Positions 39,491 to 49,461 of a stretch of DNA of 64,000 nucleotides are shown here, one piece after another (the stretch's first letter is position 1; each line of letters starts with the position of its first letter). The notes below the pieces were generated by a model. It saw only the letters and a program-made list of their open reading frames with translations, ran no database searches and was not told where the DNA came from. Origin of the DNA: Fibrobacteria bacterium (GTDB taxonomy: Bacteria > Fibrobacterota > Fibrobacteria > UBA11236 > JADFYW01); NCBI GenBank assembly GCA_050294405.1, contig JBNKOC010000011.1, forward strand, positions 32,001 to 96,000, given 5' to 3'. Position numbers and translations under genes: made by a program.

Positions 39491-41017
39491 TTATTCCCAA
39501 TCCTCAGAATGCATTAAAACATCGCTATAGGCATTCATCCCAGTCCAAACGGCTGAATACAATCCAGATATTCCAAATGAATCACTGTGGCCAAAAATTA
39601 TATTTCCCATTGGCTTAGAAGATTCTGCAATTTCTTTATCCCTGTCTATTGTGGGAAGTAGCATTGGATGCCCCCAGCGATGCAGCAACATATTTTCTAT
39701 GTATTTGGCTTTTTCTTTAAATACGGTTTTAAGATCTTTATAGATTAATTCCGCCCAATATTTTGGAGGTTGAGCTAATAAGTTTGCTCTTCCCACAGAT
39801 TCTATCATGGGCACATAAACGGTAATATGGCTGTTTCCATTTTTACTTTGGTTGTTTGCGAGCCAGTCAGGCCGAAGCATTAGTTTTGAAAATAAATTAG
39901 GGTTTAAAATTTCAAAACTTTCCATTACGGGTTTGCTAAAGCTCACCTGAGCCACAAGGAAAGGGCTGTACCTGTTTTTCTTGAACACATCATATCTTTC
40001 CTGGGGGAGCTTCTTTATTAAATGTTTAGCTATTAATTTTGGGGAGCATACAATAGCGCATTTTGCCTGGGCAGCTTTTAATTTGCCATTTTCATCTAAA
40101 TACCCAACCTTAACTCCATTGGGTCCATCCTCAATTTCAACCACAGTATGGGAAGTTCTTAAGTTTTCATAATGTCTTTGTTCAATTGAATTCAATATGG
40201 CTTCGCTAATAGCGCCATGCCCTCCTGGAAGACTATACATGGGTGCGAAATGATTGGATAATATGTATAACCCTTCCCATGCCGCAATTTGGCTTGAGTC
40301 ACTTCCAATTCGGCTATGGAGTATGCAATCTATCACCTGTAGAAGCTGAGAATCAATGTTCCAATCTTCAAAAAAATCTTTTAGAGTGATGTGACAGAGC
40401 TTTAATATTTCAGCTGAATTATCTTGCTTTGGATAAAATACGCCAGATTTTGGATCTAAATATTTATGCAATTTTTGGGGTAGTTCTTGAAACTGTTTTT
40501 TAACCGAATCAGAGAAAGGCAGATTTGGAGCATCTTTTCCAAAAGGTTCCCGGTAGATTTTCCCTTCATATTGCAAAGAAAATTCCGGGGCTGGAACTTT
40601 AGTAAACTCGGTTTTTATTTCTGAAAAAAAATTGGTAAATGGCTCAATGGAACCTTGGCTCAGCACAGCTCCCAGAGGGCAATATATATCATTGATTTTT
40701 AACCGTCTGGAATTCCCGCCAAGTACAGGTTCCTTTTCCAACAAGAGGCAGGTCATGTCCTGCAAATGGAAAAAACTGGTTAACCCTGATATTCCACCTC
40801 CAATTATAATTACGTCAAATTTTTCCTTGGCATCGGGAACGGAGAATTTTGCACCATCTCTTATTTGATGAACGATTTTGTTTCTGTCTATTTCGTAAAA
40901 TTCAGCGGGTAATTCTAATTCCACTAGGCTTTCCTTTGCGGAAAGTTCAAAAGCGCCAAAAAAACTTGCCGCTCCAATGGTATTAATAGCCTGTTGTAAA
41001 AAAAATCGCCGTTCCAT
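39491..41017 (-). CDS. FAD-dependent oxidoreductase (amine oxidase-like) with putative Tat signal
   Basis: ERRFFL N-terminus, IIGGGISGL, LEKE..LGGN, HRWGH. Confidence 0.8.
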   Translation of the reverse strand: MERRFFLQQAINTIGAASFFGAFELSAKESLVELELPAEFYEIDRNKIVHQIRDGAKFSVPDAKEKFDVIIIGGGISGLTSFFHLQDMTCLLLEKEPVLGGNSRRLKINDIYCPLGAVLSQGSIEPFTNFFSEIKTEFTKVPAPEFSLQYEGKIYREPFGKDAPNLPFSDSVKKQFQELPQKLHKYLDPKSGVFYPKQDNSAEILKLCHITLKDFFEDWNIDSQLLQVIDCILHSRIGSDSSQIAAWEGLYILSNHFAPMYSLPGGHGAISEAILNSIEQRHYENLRTSHTVVEIEDGPNGVKVGYLDENGKLKAAQAKCAIVCSPKLIAKHLIKKLPQERYDVFKKNRYSPFLVAQVSFSKPVMESFEILNPNLFSKLMLRPDWLANNQSKNGNSHITVYVPMIESVGRANLLAQPPKYWAELIYKDLKTVFKEKAKYIENMLLHRWGHPMLLPTIDRDKEIAESSKPMGNIIFGHSDSFGISGLYSAVWTGMNAYSDVLMHSEDWE

Positions 41018-41022
41018 ATGAT

Positions 41023-41349
41023 TTATGCCATTTTGTATTCCAGAATACCGGATGTTATTTTGAAATCTTTTGAATAAAATTCATATTGATAACTAATCGT
41101 TTCTTTTGGATTTTGTTGTTGATAAACTTCCAGTTTTAAATTATCGCCAGGTAACACGGGCTTTAAAAATTTTATTTTTTTTGCTTTTAAAATTTGGGGG
41201 GAGTCTGTCAGTAGAAGATGCTTTTCCACAAAGTTTCGCGCTAAAGCAATAAGTAATACTCCAGGAAATATAGGGCTATCTGGAAAGTGGCCCTTAAATA
41301 CTTCTGAATTTTCATTAATAACAATATTTTTTTCTAAACATTTATTCAT
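41023..41349 (-). CDS. Hotdog dehydratase subunit (ApeI/FabZ-like, His-bearing)
   Basis: FKGHFP..PIFPGV, KFLKPVLPGD. Confidence 0.85.
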   Translation of the reverse strand: MNKCLEKNIVINENSEVFKGHFPDSPIFPGVLLIALARNFVEKHLLLTDSPQILKAKKIKFLKPVLPGDNLKLEVYQQQNPKETISYQYEFYSKDFKITSGILEYKMA

Positions 41350-41792
41350 GTTACTATCATTTCCCCTTTTATTTTAATTGATGAGCCTTGCTTGCACACG
41401 AAATGGAACTTTATCATTTGTTGGAAATATTTTATAATATGTATACTTACATTAACTGGGCTTCCCATTATAATATTATCCAGTATATCTACTGAACTTA
41501 TTTGAACTAACCTATGATCGTTATTGTTGGATAAACTCCTTGTTTCATAATAATTGCCCATTAATACTCCTGCGGTCTGAGCAGCTCCTTCCATGCACAA
41601 CTCTAGTCCAATTGCTTCTAATGCTAAATCGGAATATCCGATATCTTTTGGCAAAACAATTCGCCCGGATCCCTCTTTCCCCGATTCACGGATAACAACT
41701 TTTTCCACTAGTTGAAATGGAGGGCGATGCGGGAGATATTTTTCAATTTCCTCTTTTAAGCAAATGTTTTGTGTATTTACTTCTAATAACAT
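41346..41792 (-). CDS. Hotdog dehydratase subunit (ApeP/FabZ-like, Glu-bearing)
   Basis: LPHRPPFQLVEKV, MEGAAQTAG; no GHFP. Confidence 0.75.
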   Translation of the reverse strand: MLLEVNTQNICLKEEIEKYLPHRPPFQLVEKVVIRESGKEGSGRIVLPKDIGYSDLALEAIGLELCMEGAAQTAGVLMGNYYETRSLSNNNDHRLVQISSVDILDNIIMGSPVNVSIHIIKYFQQMIKFHFVCKQGSSIKIKGEMIVT

Positions 41793-41798
41793 AATTCC

Positions 41799-42989
41799 TC
41801 AATTGGTAGAAAAAACAAGAGATACATTACTTTCACCTGGAGCCTGGCTTTGGTGGAGCCAGGCAAACTCCTTTTTGGCAGTTGAAGGAGATAACATAAA
41901 TGGTTCTAACCCTTTTACTTTCAATTCTGTTGGCATTGTTAAATTGGGAACTTTGTACCTGCTGGCTGATAAAAATCCCAGCGCCATCCTCATTATTCCA
42001 GAGGAAGGAAAGTCTCCTGTATAAGCAGTCAAGGCACGAATTTTAGTGATTTCAGGATTAAAAAATTCACATAAAGCATTTGCTTCAACGTTGTCATAGG
42101 AAGGATTGCCGTTAGCGCCTGAAGAAACCCAATGAATATCCTCTGGGTTTAAATTTGATTTGCTCAATGCCTCACGAATAGATTCCTTTATAATTTCTGG
42201 ATCCCTAGCGAAAGAATTGGTATTTCTGCAGTTTTGATATGAGCCGATTCCCATCAATTTTCCATAAGACTTTCCTCCGCGACTGTATAGTGAATCGCGG
42301 GATTCAAGAAGTAAAGCCGCGCTTCCTTCTCCCATTGTCACCCCATTTTTATGTTTATGATAGGGAAGCCAATTTTGCTCATCTTTATAACTTAATCTTA
42401 GATCTCGGTATCCTTGGATTAAAGAACTGCATAATTCATCAGTTCCAATTACAAGGCATTTATCCAAGGCGCCTTTATTTAGCAATAAGGATGCGAATAA
42501 CAGCGCATTTTCTCCTGAAGTTCCAAGTCCGGTTACAGTAGTGTTGCAGCCATTTAGGCCTAATTCAATTGCAATAAGTCCCGACGAGGCATTTGCGACT
42601 GTAGTTGGAAAATTTACCGGTGAAAGATTTTCAATCCCGTCTTTTAGTAATCTTTTCTGATGTTTTATAACGCTGGAAAACCCCGAAAAGCCAGTGCCTA
42701 CAATAACGCCACATGAAGAGTTTGCCTTAGGGTCGAGTCCTGCATCTTCCATGGCCATTTTCGCGGATGCTATGGAATATATATTTGCTAAATCCATACG
42801 CCGAAGTTTTTTAGGATGAACGAATTTTTTAGGATCAAAATCTTTAACTTTGAAAAAAAAGCCTTCTTCGTCTTCAACTTTTTCCCAGCCAGCGGATGGG
42901 GAACCATGTTCCAAATTTTCAAGAATTGAATCGTGGTTCGTGCCAAGAGGGCTTACCATTCCTATTCCGGTAATATAAATATCATGCAT
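41799..42989 (-). CDS. Non-catalytic ketosynthase / chain-length factor
   Basis: KS fold (ITGIG.VSPLG, GEGSAALLLE) but TGLGTSG replaces TACSS and SGANG replaces HGTGT; ATG at 42989. Confidence 0.85.
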   Translation of the reverse strand: MHDIYITGIGMVSPLGTNHDSILENLEHGSPSAGWEKVEDEEGFFFKVKDFDPKKFVHPKKLRRMDLANIYSIASAKMAMEDAGLDPKANSSCGVIVGTGFSGFSSVIKHQKRLLKDGIENLSPVNFPTTVANASSGLIAIELGLNGCNTTVTGLGTSGENALLFASLLLNKGALDKCLVIGTDELCSSLIQGYRDLRLSYKDEQNWLPYHKHKNGVTMGEGSAALLLESRDSLYSRGGKSYGKLMGIGSYQNCRNTNSFARDPEIIKESIREALSKSNLNPEDIHWVSSGANGNPSYDNVEANALCEFFNPEITKIRALTAYTGDFPSSGIMRMALGFLSASRYKVPNLTMPTELKVKGLEPFMLSPSTAKKEFAWLHQSQAPGESNVSLVFSTN

Positions 42990-43704
42990 AATTAATTTCC
43001 TTTTTTGAAAATGTAAATGGCGCCCCATGGCCCGGGTATATAATGTTTGCTTTTTTTGCTTTTAACCGCGATTGGTTATAGTGATTGCTATTCCACATTA
43101 TCAAATGATTAACTTGCTCGTTAAAATCAAGCTTGCTTAGAATGGCATCGCCACAAACTAAGGAATTTCCATTGATTGAGTTAACCATTAATCCTAGTTG
43201 CCCTGGGCTATGGCCAGAAAGGTCAATGGTAGATACATTATCACTTAATTTTTGATTAGCACTTACAAACTTAATTTTCCTTTTGATTTTTTCTGGAATT
43301 GAATATTGATTGCTATTAATCACTTGCCAAAATTGCCTTTGGAAAAGCTTTGCCACTAGTTCATGAGTACTTAAAAGAAATTCTAAGAAAACCTCTTTTG
43401 AAGAGGTATGTTTTTGAAGTTCGCTGTAAAATTCCCACTCGATGGAGGGAACAAAAATTTGAGTGGATTCCATCCAATCTGCGACATTAAAATGATCAAA
43501 ATGCAAATGGGTGAAAAATACGCTGTTTATATCGCTAATTTGGAGATTGTGAAATTTAAGTGCCAGTGCCAATTCCTGGAAGCTGCAAATGGATGCCGGA
43601 TCTGTAATACATTTAAAATCCCCATCTATTATCAGCAGTGTAGAAGCCTTCACCGTAAGCTTGGAGCCTTGAAAAAGCTCTATAACTTTGCCAAAATTAG
43701 GCAC
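42982..43704 (-). CDS. Metallo-beta-lactamase-fold hydrolase (possible chain-release enzyme)
   Basis: THLHFDH, GHSPGQ, GDA, PGH; GTG start at 43704. Confidence 0.85.
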   Translation of the reverse strand: MPNFGKVIELFQGSKLTVKASTLLIIDGDFKCITDPASICSFQELALALKFHNLQISDINSVFFTHLHFDHFNVADWMESTQIFVPSIEWEFYSELQKHTSSKEVFLEFLLSTHELVAKLFQRQFWQVINSNQYSIPEKIKRKIKFVSANQKLSDNVSTIDLSGHSPGQLGLMVNSINGNSLVCGDAILSKLDFNEQVNHLIMWNSNHYNQSRLKAKKANIIYPGHGAPFTFSKKEINYA

Positions 43705-44428
43705 TGATTCCCCCGTCAATTGCTATAGTCTGTCCCGTTATATATGTGTTGGAGTCGCTAGCTAAAAACTGCACCATTGAGGAAACATCTTTAACAGACC
43801 CGTATCTGGAAAGCGGTATTAAACTTAAATTTTTCTCCTTCCTTTTCGGAGGGAGCGTGTCCGTCATTTCCGTTTCGATAAAACCAGGAGCAATAGCGTT
43901 CACTAAAATGTTGTATTTTCCATATTCCTTGGCCAATGTCCTTGTCATACTTATGACAGCTCCTTTAGAGGCGGAGTAATTTGCCTGTCCTGGAGTCCCT
44001 ATGATTCCGCTTACGCTGACAATGTTTATAATTTTTCCCTTTTTTTGCTTCGTCATTTGCTTTAGCGCCAATTTGCTGGAATAAAAAGTACCATTAAGAT
44101 TTAAATTCAAAACATCATTCCACTCATTTTGAGTCATTAATATGGCGTAGTTATCTCTCAATACGCCAGCATTATTAACCAATACATCTACGCTTTGAAA
44201 ATGCTTCAAGGTGTAATCAAATACTTTTTCCACATCTTCCCATTTTGACATATCCCCCTGGACACAGATTGCGGTACCGCCAGACTTTTCTATTTCAATT
44301 TTTAGTTCTTCCGCTTTGCTTTTGTTTGAGTTGTAATTTAAGCATACCTGATAACCCGAATGGGCTAAATCTATGGCTATTGCTTTGCCTATTCCCCTGG
44401 AAGCTCCTGTAATTAAGGCTGATTTCAT
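43697..44428 (-). CDS. fabG: 3-oxoacyl-ACP reductase (ketoreductase)
   Basis: TGASRGIG, NNAG, NYSASK, PGFIETEMT; ATGA overlap with KS gene. Confidence 0.92.
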   Translation of the reverse strand: MKSALITGASRGIGKAIAIDLAHSGYQVCLNYNSNKSKAEELKIEIEKSGGTAICVQGDMSKWEDVEKVFDYTLKHFQSVDVLVNNAGVLRDNYAILMTQNEWNDVLNLNLNGTFYSSKLALKQMTKQKKGKIINIVSVSGIIGTPGQANYSASKGAVISMTRTLAKEYGKYNILVNAIAPGFIETEMTDTLPPKRKEKNLSLIPLSRYGSVKDVSSMVQFLASDSNTYITGQTIAIDGGISA

Positions 44429-45636
44429 TTGTTTATTTCCTCCCATTTTTTCAATAGCAATGACGTGTTGTTCCCTCCAAATGCAAGCGAGTTGGACATA
44501 GCATATTCAATTTCACAATCCCGGCTTTTGTTGGGAATATAATCTAGGTCACATTCAGGATCAGGAGTTTCCAAATTTAATGTTGGAGGTAAGAAATTAT
44601 TTTGGATACATAGGGCTGTGGCTGCTGCTTCCATAGCCCCAACAGCGGATAAAGCGTGGCCAATCATGGGCTTAATGGAACTTATAGATAAATTATACGC
44701 ATGATCCTCAAATACGGTTTTAACAGCATTTGTTTCAGAGGAATCATTTAGTTTTGTTCCCGTTCCATGGGCATTGATGTAATTAATTTTTTTAGGGTTC
44801 ACTTTTGCAGTTTTTAACGCAGAGGACATTGCAAGAGACATCCCTTTTCCTCCAGGGTCAGGTGCGGTAACATGGTGCGCATCTGAGGCTAGCCCATAGG
44901 AAACAAACTCTGCAACTACAGGAGCTTTACGGCTTTGAGCGTGCTTTTGAGACTCCAATATTAAAATAGAGGCTCCTTCACTGATATTTATTCCGTCTCG
45001 GTTTTTATCAAATGGCTTAGAATGCCCGGGAGAAAGAGCTTCCAATGCGTTAAATCCTGAAAAAGATATATAACATAAGGCTTCGACTCCTCCGCAAAAT
45101 GCTATGTCGGCATAGCCCTGGGCAATTAAATCAGCTGCAAAACCCACTGCAGAGGCTCCTGAAGAACAAGCGGTCATAATGTTAGCTCGCACTCCTTTGA
45201 TGCCCAAATATTTAGATAGGACCGCCCCGGTTTTTTCGTTGTAGTTTAAAATTTTAGAAGGCCGGGCTTTTAAACCGTACAATTTATTTTCCACGTAACC
45301 TTCTAAATTTGAAATAGGAGCTCCATTGCCTATTACTAGTGCTGTTTTGGAATTGGACATTTGATCTTTGCTTAACTTTGCATTTTCAATAGCATCTCTG
45401 GCAGCATGCAAAGCGTAATGATCAATTGGTGTTAAGTGTTTTTCTTCTTCATTTAAGGGGGAAGTGGGCAGGTTTTTAATCTGGCCCACTAAATTGGTCC
45501 GATATCCTTTAGTATCATGGAATTTATTTTCGCTAATACCTGATACTCCCTTTTTTAAGGCGTTTAAATAGCTAGGTACATCATTACCAACAGCTGAAAC
45601 AATGCCGATGCCAGTAATAAGGACTCGTTCCGTCAT
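44425..45636 (-). CDS. Beta-ketoacyl-ACP synthase (FabF-like, active)
   Basis: TACSSG, NAHGTGT, KPMIGH, SNSLAFGG.N. Confidence 0.95.
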   Translation of the reverse strand: MTERVLITGIGIVSAVGNDVPSYLNALKKGVSGISENKFHDTKGYRTNLVGQIKNLPTSPLNEEEKHLTPIDHYALHAARDAIENAKLSKDQMSNSKTALVIGNGAPISNLEGYVENKLYGLKARPSKILNYNEKTGAVLSKYLGIKGVRANIMTACSSGASAVGFAADLIAQGYADIAFCGGVEALCYISFSGFNALEALSPGHSKPFDKNRDGINISEGASILILESQKHAQSRKAPVVAEFVSYGLASDAHHVTAPDPGGKGMSLAMSSALKTAKVNPKKINYINAHGTGTKLNDSSETNAVKTVFEDHAYNLSISSIKPMIGHALSAVGAMEAAATALCIQNNFLPPTLNLETPDPECDLDYIPNKSRDCEIEYAMSNSLAFGGNNTSLLLKKWEEINK

Positions 45637-45654
45637 AATATTCCCCTTTTTTAA

Positions 45655-45936
45655 TTATGCTGTTGCAGTGTTGTTTAATTCTAATATGTAATTAGCAAGC
45701 GTGTTTAAGCTGTGAAAATGTTTTTGAACGCTCTCGTCTTGCTTGACAGTCACGCCAAATTCCTGTTCTAATCCCAAAACAAGGTCCAATACATCAACTG
45801 AATCAATTCCCCAGGCATCTTCGTCAAATAATGGGGAATCATCAGTAACATCTAACTCAGATGCGTCAATTTCAAGTCGATCTTTGATCATGACTTTAAT
45901 TTTTTCTTTTACATTATTTAAGTTTTCGCTGCTCAT
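45655..45936 (-). CDS. Acyl carrier protein
   Basis: Small acidic protein, GIDSVD, LEQEFGV. Confidence 0.93.
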   Translation of the reverse strand: MSSENLNNVKEKIKVMIKDRLEIDASELDVTDDSPLFDEDAWGIDSVDVLDLVLGLEQEFGVTVKQDESVQKHFHSLNTLANYILELNNTATA

Positions 45937-47909
45937 ATTTTTTTCTCCTTGTTGGATGGGGTGGTGGTTAAAGATTTTTCGATTTTTTCAAACATCCAGT
46001 CCAAAACAAATATGCTTCTTAAGTTCCTAATAAGTTTTGGCCATTTTATTTTTGAGGCTACTAAGCTCAGTGATTTTGACCAGCCTACCAGATAGTTAAC
46101 GCTCAGGGGCATAATTGCTCCCTCAGGGCATATTTGGGGACAAAAGCCGCAGCCTTCACAATTGCTTAATATTATGGATTTGTTATTTTTCATTTCTATA
46201 CTTGGACAATTAGTTTCCATACATTTTCCGCATTCTGTGCAGGCATGTTTATTAATGACATATCTGTATATTGAGCTTGTTTTTTTGGGAGACTCTTGGA
46301 CGCAATTTCCTTTAAGCAAAATTACGCATAATTCAGAGGAGTTTAAAAAGTTTATCAAAACCTTTTTTATATTTGTCATATCCAAGGCATCTAAGATTTT
46401 GTATCGAGGAACTCCGATTCCACTTAAAAACGCACTCCATTGCTTTTCATCAAAATTTGGATTCGTTTTTTGCATTCCAGTCATTGCCGACCCGGAGTTA
46501 TCTAGAATTATAATGGTGGCCCGGCTTTTTTGGTTTATTAGAGAAACTAATGCAGGGATGCCGGAATGGAAAAAGGTGGAATCTCCCAATACCGCTACTG
46601 CCTTTTCAGGGAACTCAGGTCCCAGTGCAGTTTCGTACCCCTGTAATACTCCTAAGCTGGCGGACATACATAAATTGGACTTAATAACATTAAACGGGGG
46701 GAGAGCTCCTAAGGTATTGCAGCCAATATCACCTACTGCGTAAATATTCAACTCTTTAAGTACCTGATAAATTCCTGTGTGGGTGCAACCTGAGCAAAAT
46801 CCTGGGACTCGGGGAGGAACTTCAGAAACCGACTTAGATATCGGGGCCCCAAATTTTTTAACTAAATAGTCTTTTATCTCCGGGGCTTTGTTTGTGGCCA
46901 ATTCCCAAGGATCCAGAATTCCAAACCCTTTGTAATTCGGTCTATCAAGAGTTGGGATTCCAAGGGCTCTTATTTGAGTATTCAAATAAGAAGAGCCTTC
47001 ATCAGCTACAATAATTTTTGATACAAGTTTTTGGAAAACTTTAAGGGATTCAATGGGGAGTGGATTAACCAGTGATAATTTGAAGATGGGAAATGCGTCT
47101 CCAAAAATTTCCACGATTTTTGAATAACAATGGCCAGAAGCTACTATGCCAACATTAAAATTGAGCCTATCCAGATAATCAGATAAATAAATTGTATTTA
47201 AATTTTTTAAGTCATTTGACTGGGCTAATTCAGTCAAATTTTGGTTGCGGACTCGATGTCGCTCAGGAACATATACGGGCAAAAGCAAGAATCTGCTAAC
47301 AGGCAATGCGAAACCAAGCATAGGGTTGGTGTTGATTCGAGGGGATAAAAATATTTTTTTACTTGAGAAGCATTGGCGGGAAACGACTCTCAATAGAACC
47401 GGCAACTCGCATTTTTCACTTAACTCAAATGCTAATTTGGTAAATTTTTTAAGCTCTTCTAAGGAGCTCGGTTCAAGAACAGGAACGCCTGCTGCGAGTG
47501 CTAATTCCCTTGAATCCTGCTCATTTTGACTTGATTTTGCACCTGGGTCATCTCCAACCACAACAACAAGGCCGCCTCGAACTCCTGTGTAAGCTAAATT
47601 AAAAAATGGATCAGCTGCGACATTTAACCCAACATGCTTCATTACAACCATGGATCTTTTTCCTGAATATGAAGCTCCAATTGCAATTTCAGTGGCGACT
47701 TTTTCATTAGCAGCTAACAATGTTTGTATATCATCATATTTTTTAGCCGCCTCCAATATTCCGGTTGTGGGCGTCCCAGGGTATCCGCTTACGATTTCGA
47801 CTCCCGCTTCCCAGGCAGCTCTTGCAATTATCTGAGTGCCGGATAACAGTTTCTGTGGTTCGGGAATGACTTCGGTCTTTTTTGGAATTTCAATAGTTGC
47901 GCTTTTCAT
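45933..47909 (-). CDS. iorA: Indolepyruvate:ferredoxin oxidoreductase alpha subunit-like
   Basis: GYPGTP, NEKVA, MKHVGLNVAADP, SSQNEQD, FCSGCTH, GDIGC, TPP motif GDSTFFHSG..DN, C-terminal ferredoxin Cys motifs. Confidence 0.9.
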   Translation of the reverse strand: MKSATIEIPKKTEVIPEPQKLLSGTQIIARAAWEAGVEIVSGYPGTPTTGILEAAKKYDDIQTLLAANEKVATEIAIGASYSGKRSMVVMKHVGLNVAADPFFNLAYTGVRGGLVVVVGDDPGAKSSQNEQDSRELALAAGVPVLEPSSLEELKKFTKLAFELSEKCELPVLLRVVSRQCFSSKKIFLSPRINTNPMLGFALPVSRFLLLPVYVPERHRVRNQNLTELAQSNDLKNLNTIYLSDYLDRLNFNVGIVASGHCYSKIVEIFGDAFPIFKLSLVNPLPIESLKVFQKLVSKIIVADEGSSYLNTQIRALGIPTLDRPNYKGFGILDPWELATNKAPEIKDYLVKKFGAPISKSVSEVPPRVPGFCSGCTHTGIYQVLKELNIYAVGDIGCNTLGALPPFNVIKSNLCMSASLGVLQGYETALGPEFPEKAVAVLGDSTFFHSGIPALVSLINQKSRATIIILDNSGSAMTGMQKTNPNFDEKQWSAFLSGIGVPRYKILDALDMTNIKKVLINFLNSSELCVILLKGNCVQESPKKTSSIYRYVINKHACTECGKCMETNCPSIEMKNNKSIILSNCEGCGFCPQICPEGAIMPLSVNYLVGWSKSLSLVASKIKWPKLIRNLRSIFVLDWMFEKIEKSLTTTPSNKEKKI

Positions 47910-48811
47910 TAAACGACCTCCTCTGCCTTTAATGCCTGGCTAATGGTTGGAGCTAATAACTTTTTATTCCAGCGCAACATCTTCGTCAATATTTTGCCAG
48001 CCCCAATTTCCTGAAAACTTGGAGAGCCGTTTTTAGATAAATGCATAAGGCTTTCTTTCCATTTAACCGGAAGGGCTACTTGTTTTACAACTTCTGCGAG
48101 AACTTCAGAAAAGCCAGGAAGGAATTTGAGTCGCGTATGGGAATATGCAGCAGTAGTTATGGGTTTATAAGATAGAGTGGAGGTCAATTTTTCAAGTGCA
48201 TTTGCAGTTAATTCTAGGCTCCTGGAGTGAAAAGGCAGTTTCGTTTCCATAGCAAACATTTTGAAAATGTTATTGGAATATTCCGTTAAAAATGATTTCC
48301 AATGAGATGGCGAACCATAAAGTACCACATGATTTGGAGAATTTTCAGAAATTAATTCTAATTTGAATCGGTCAAATTCTTCCATATGTATAGTTCGTTT
48401 TAAAGATAAAGCTATTACCTTATTCTCTGGGTTGGGCACATATTCCCAGCACACTCTGTATACAGACTCTATTAAATAAAATGAATCTTCAGGGGATATG
48501 GCTCCAGAGGCCACAGCCGCGGCATAAAATCCTAAGCTGTGGCCCATCACTAGAGAATATTCGGGGTTTTGATTTGATTCAAGTTCCCAATGTAAAAGGT
48601 TTACCAGATGGATTAATTTCTGGATATTTAATTCTTTTTCTTTTGATTGAAAATTATTTGAGTCAAAATTTATTAATGAATTGAATAATGGTTTCCCTAA
48701 CCATTTTTCAGCAAAGGCTTTATATTCAGGATAAATATTTAAAAAGCTATGGAGCATACCGGGGTATTCGCAGCCTAATCCTGGGAACATGGCGATGGTA
48801 TGGGCCTTCAT
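47909..48811 (-). CDS. FabD-like acyl-CoA:ACP transacylase, probably starter-loading
   Basis: FPGLG, GHSLG, PFHS, PVKW, EIGAG; malonyl-binding Arg position is Val; ATGA overlap with iorB. Confidence 0.85.
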   Translation of the reverse strand: MKAHTIAMFPGLGCEYPGMLHSFLNIYPEYKAFAEKWLGKPLFNSLINFDSNNFQSKEKELNIQKLIHLVNLLHWELESNQNPEYSLVMGHSLGFYAAAVASGAISPEDSFYLIESVYRVCWEYVPNPENKVIALSLKRTIHMEEFDRFKLELISENSPNHVVLYGSPSHWKSFLTEYSNNIFKMFAMETKLPFHSRSLELTANALEKLTSTLSYKPITTAAYSHTRLKFLPGFSEVLAEVVKQVALPVKWKESLMHLSKNGSPSFQEIGAGKILTKMLRWNKKLLAPTISQALKAEEVV

Positions 48812-49461
48812 GATAACATCCTTAAGCCGAAGCAAAAAGCATCATAAGCATCATTTTTGACTAATTTTGTTAATTGATTTTTTACATCATCATAAGTTGC
48901 AACCGGTAAAAGCATAGATATAATGGCCCCTGCCATTATAAATGATGAGAGTTTTGGCTGAATGTTTTCTGAGTTTTCTGGTTTTTTTTCCAGAGAAAGG
49001 ACGTAAAGAGAAGCAGACCTTTCCTGAATTATATTTTTTAGTTTCTTTAATAAGTTTTCTTTCTCAATTGGATCTTGGTTGTGAGATGAAACAACCGTAT
49101 CCAAAATTATGCAGCTGCTTCCGGTTCCAATTAAATGGGAATGTCGCAACGCTTCCTGCAATTCAAGGGCGGCATAAATATTTGTGGTGTTTAACCCCAA
49201 TTCTCCGCAGTAAATATCTTCTCCCATTTTTATTTGAGCGGAAATAGAACCCCGGGTTTTGGCCACACCCCGGTCTTCGGTACTTATAACCTTCGGAAAA
49301 AATGGGCTAATTAAGTCGGTAAGAATACCTGCCATATATATAAGACCTTGGCCTCCAACTCCAGATATAAAAATTCCAAAACTTTTATTGGAGCTGCGAC
49401 TAAGCTGGTGGTTATTCGGTATAACTAATGCTTGAACTACTTTTTTATCTGTTGTTATCAT
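48808..49461 (-). CDS. iorB: Indolepyruvate:ferredoxin oxidoreductase beta subunit-like (2-oxoacid:acceptor oxidoreductase gamma family)
   Basis: SGVGGQG, RGVAKTRGS, ALELQEALR. Confidence 0.8.
   Translation of the reverse strand: MITTDKKVVQALVIPNNHQLSRSSNKSFGIFISGVGGQGLIYMAGILTDLISPFFPKVISTEDRGVAKTRGSISAQIKMGEDIYCGELGLNTTNIYAALELQEALRHSHLIGTGSSCIILDTVVSSHNQDPIEKENLLKKLKNIIQERSASLYVLSLEKKPENSENIQPKLSSFIMAGAIISMLLPVATYDDVKNQLTKLVKNDAYDAFCFGLRMLS

Noticed and set aside
41023..48811. Primary fatty acid synthesis (fab) operon or standard aryl polyene cluster
   Set aside because: Has a CLF, split dehydratase and non-malonyl AT; lacks fabH/plsX and the APE ligase, methyltransferase and glycosyltransferases
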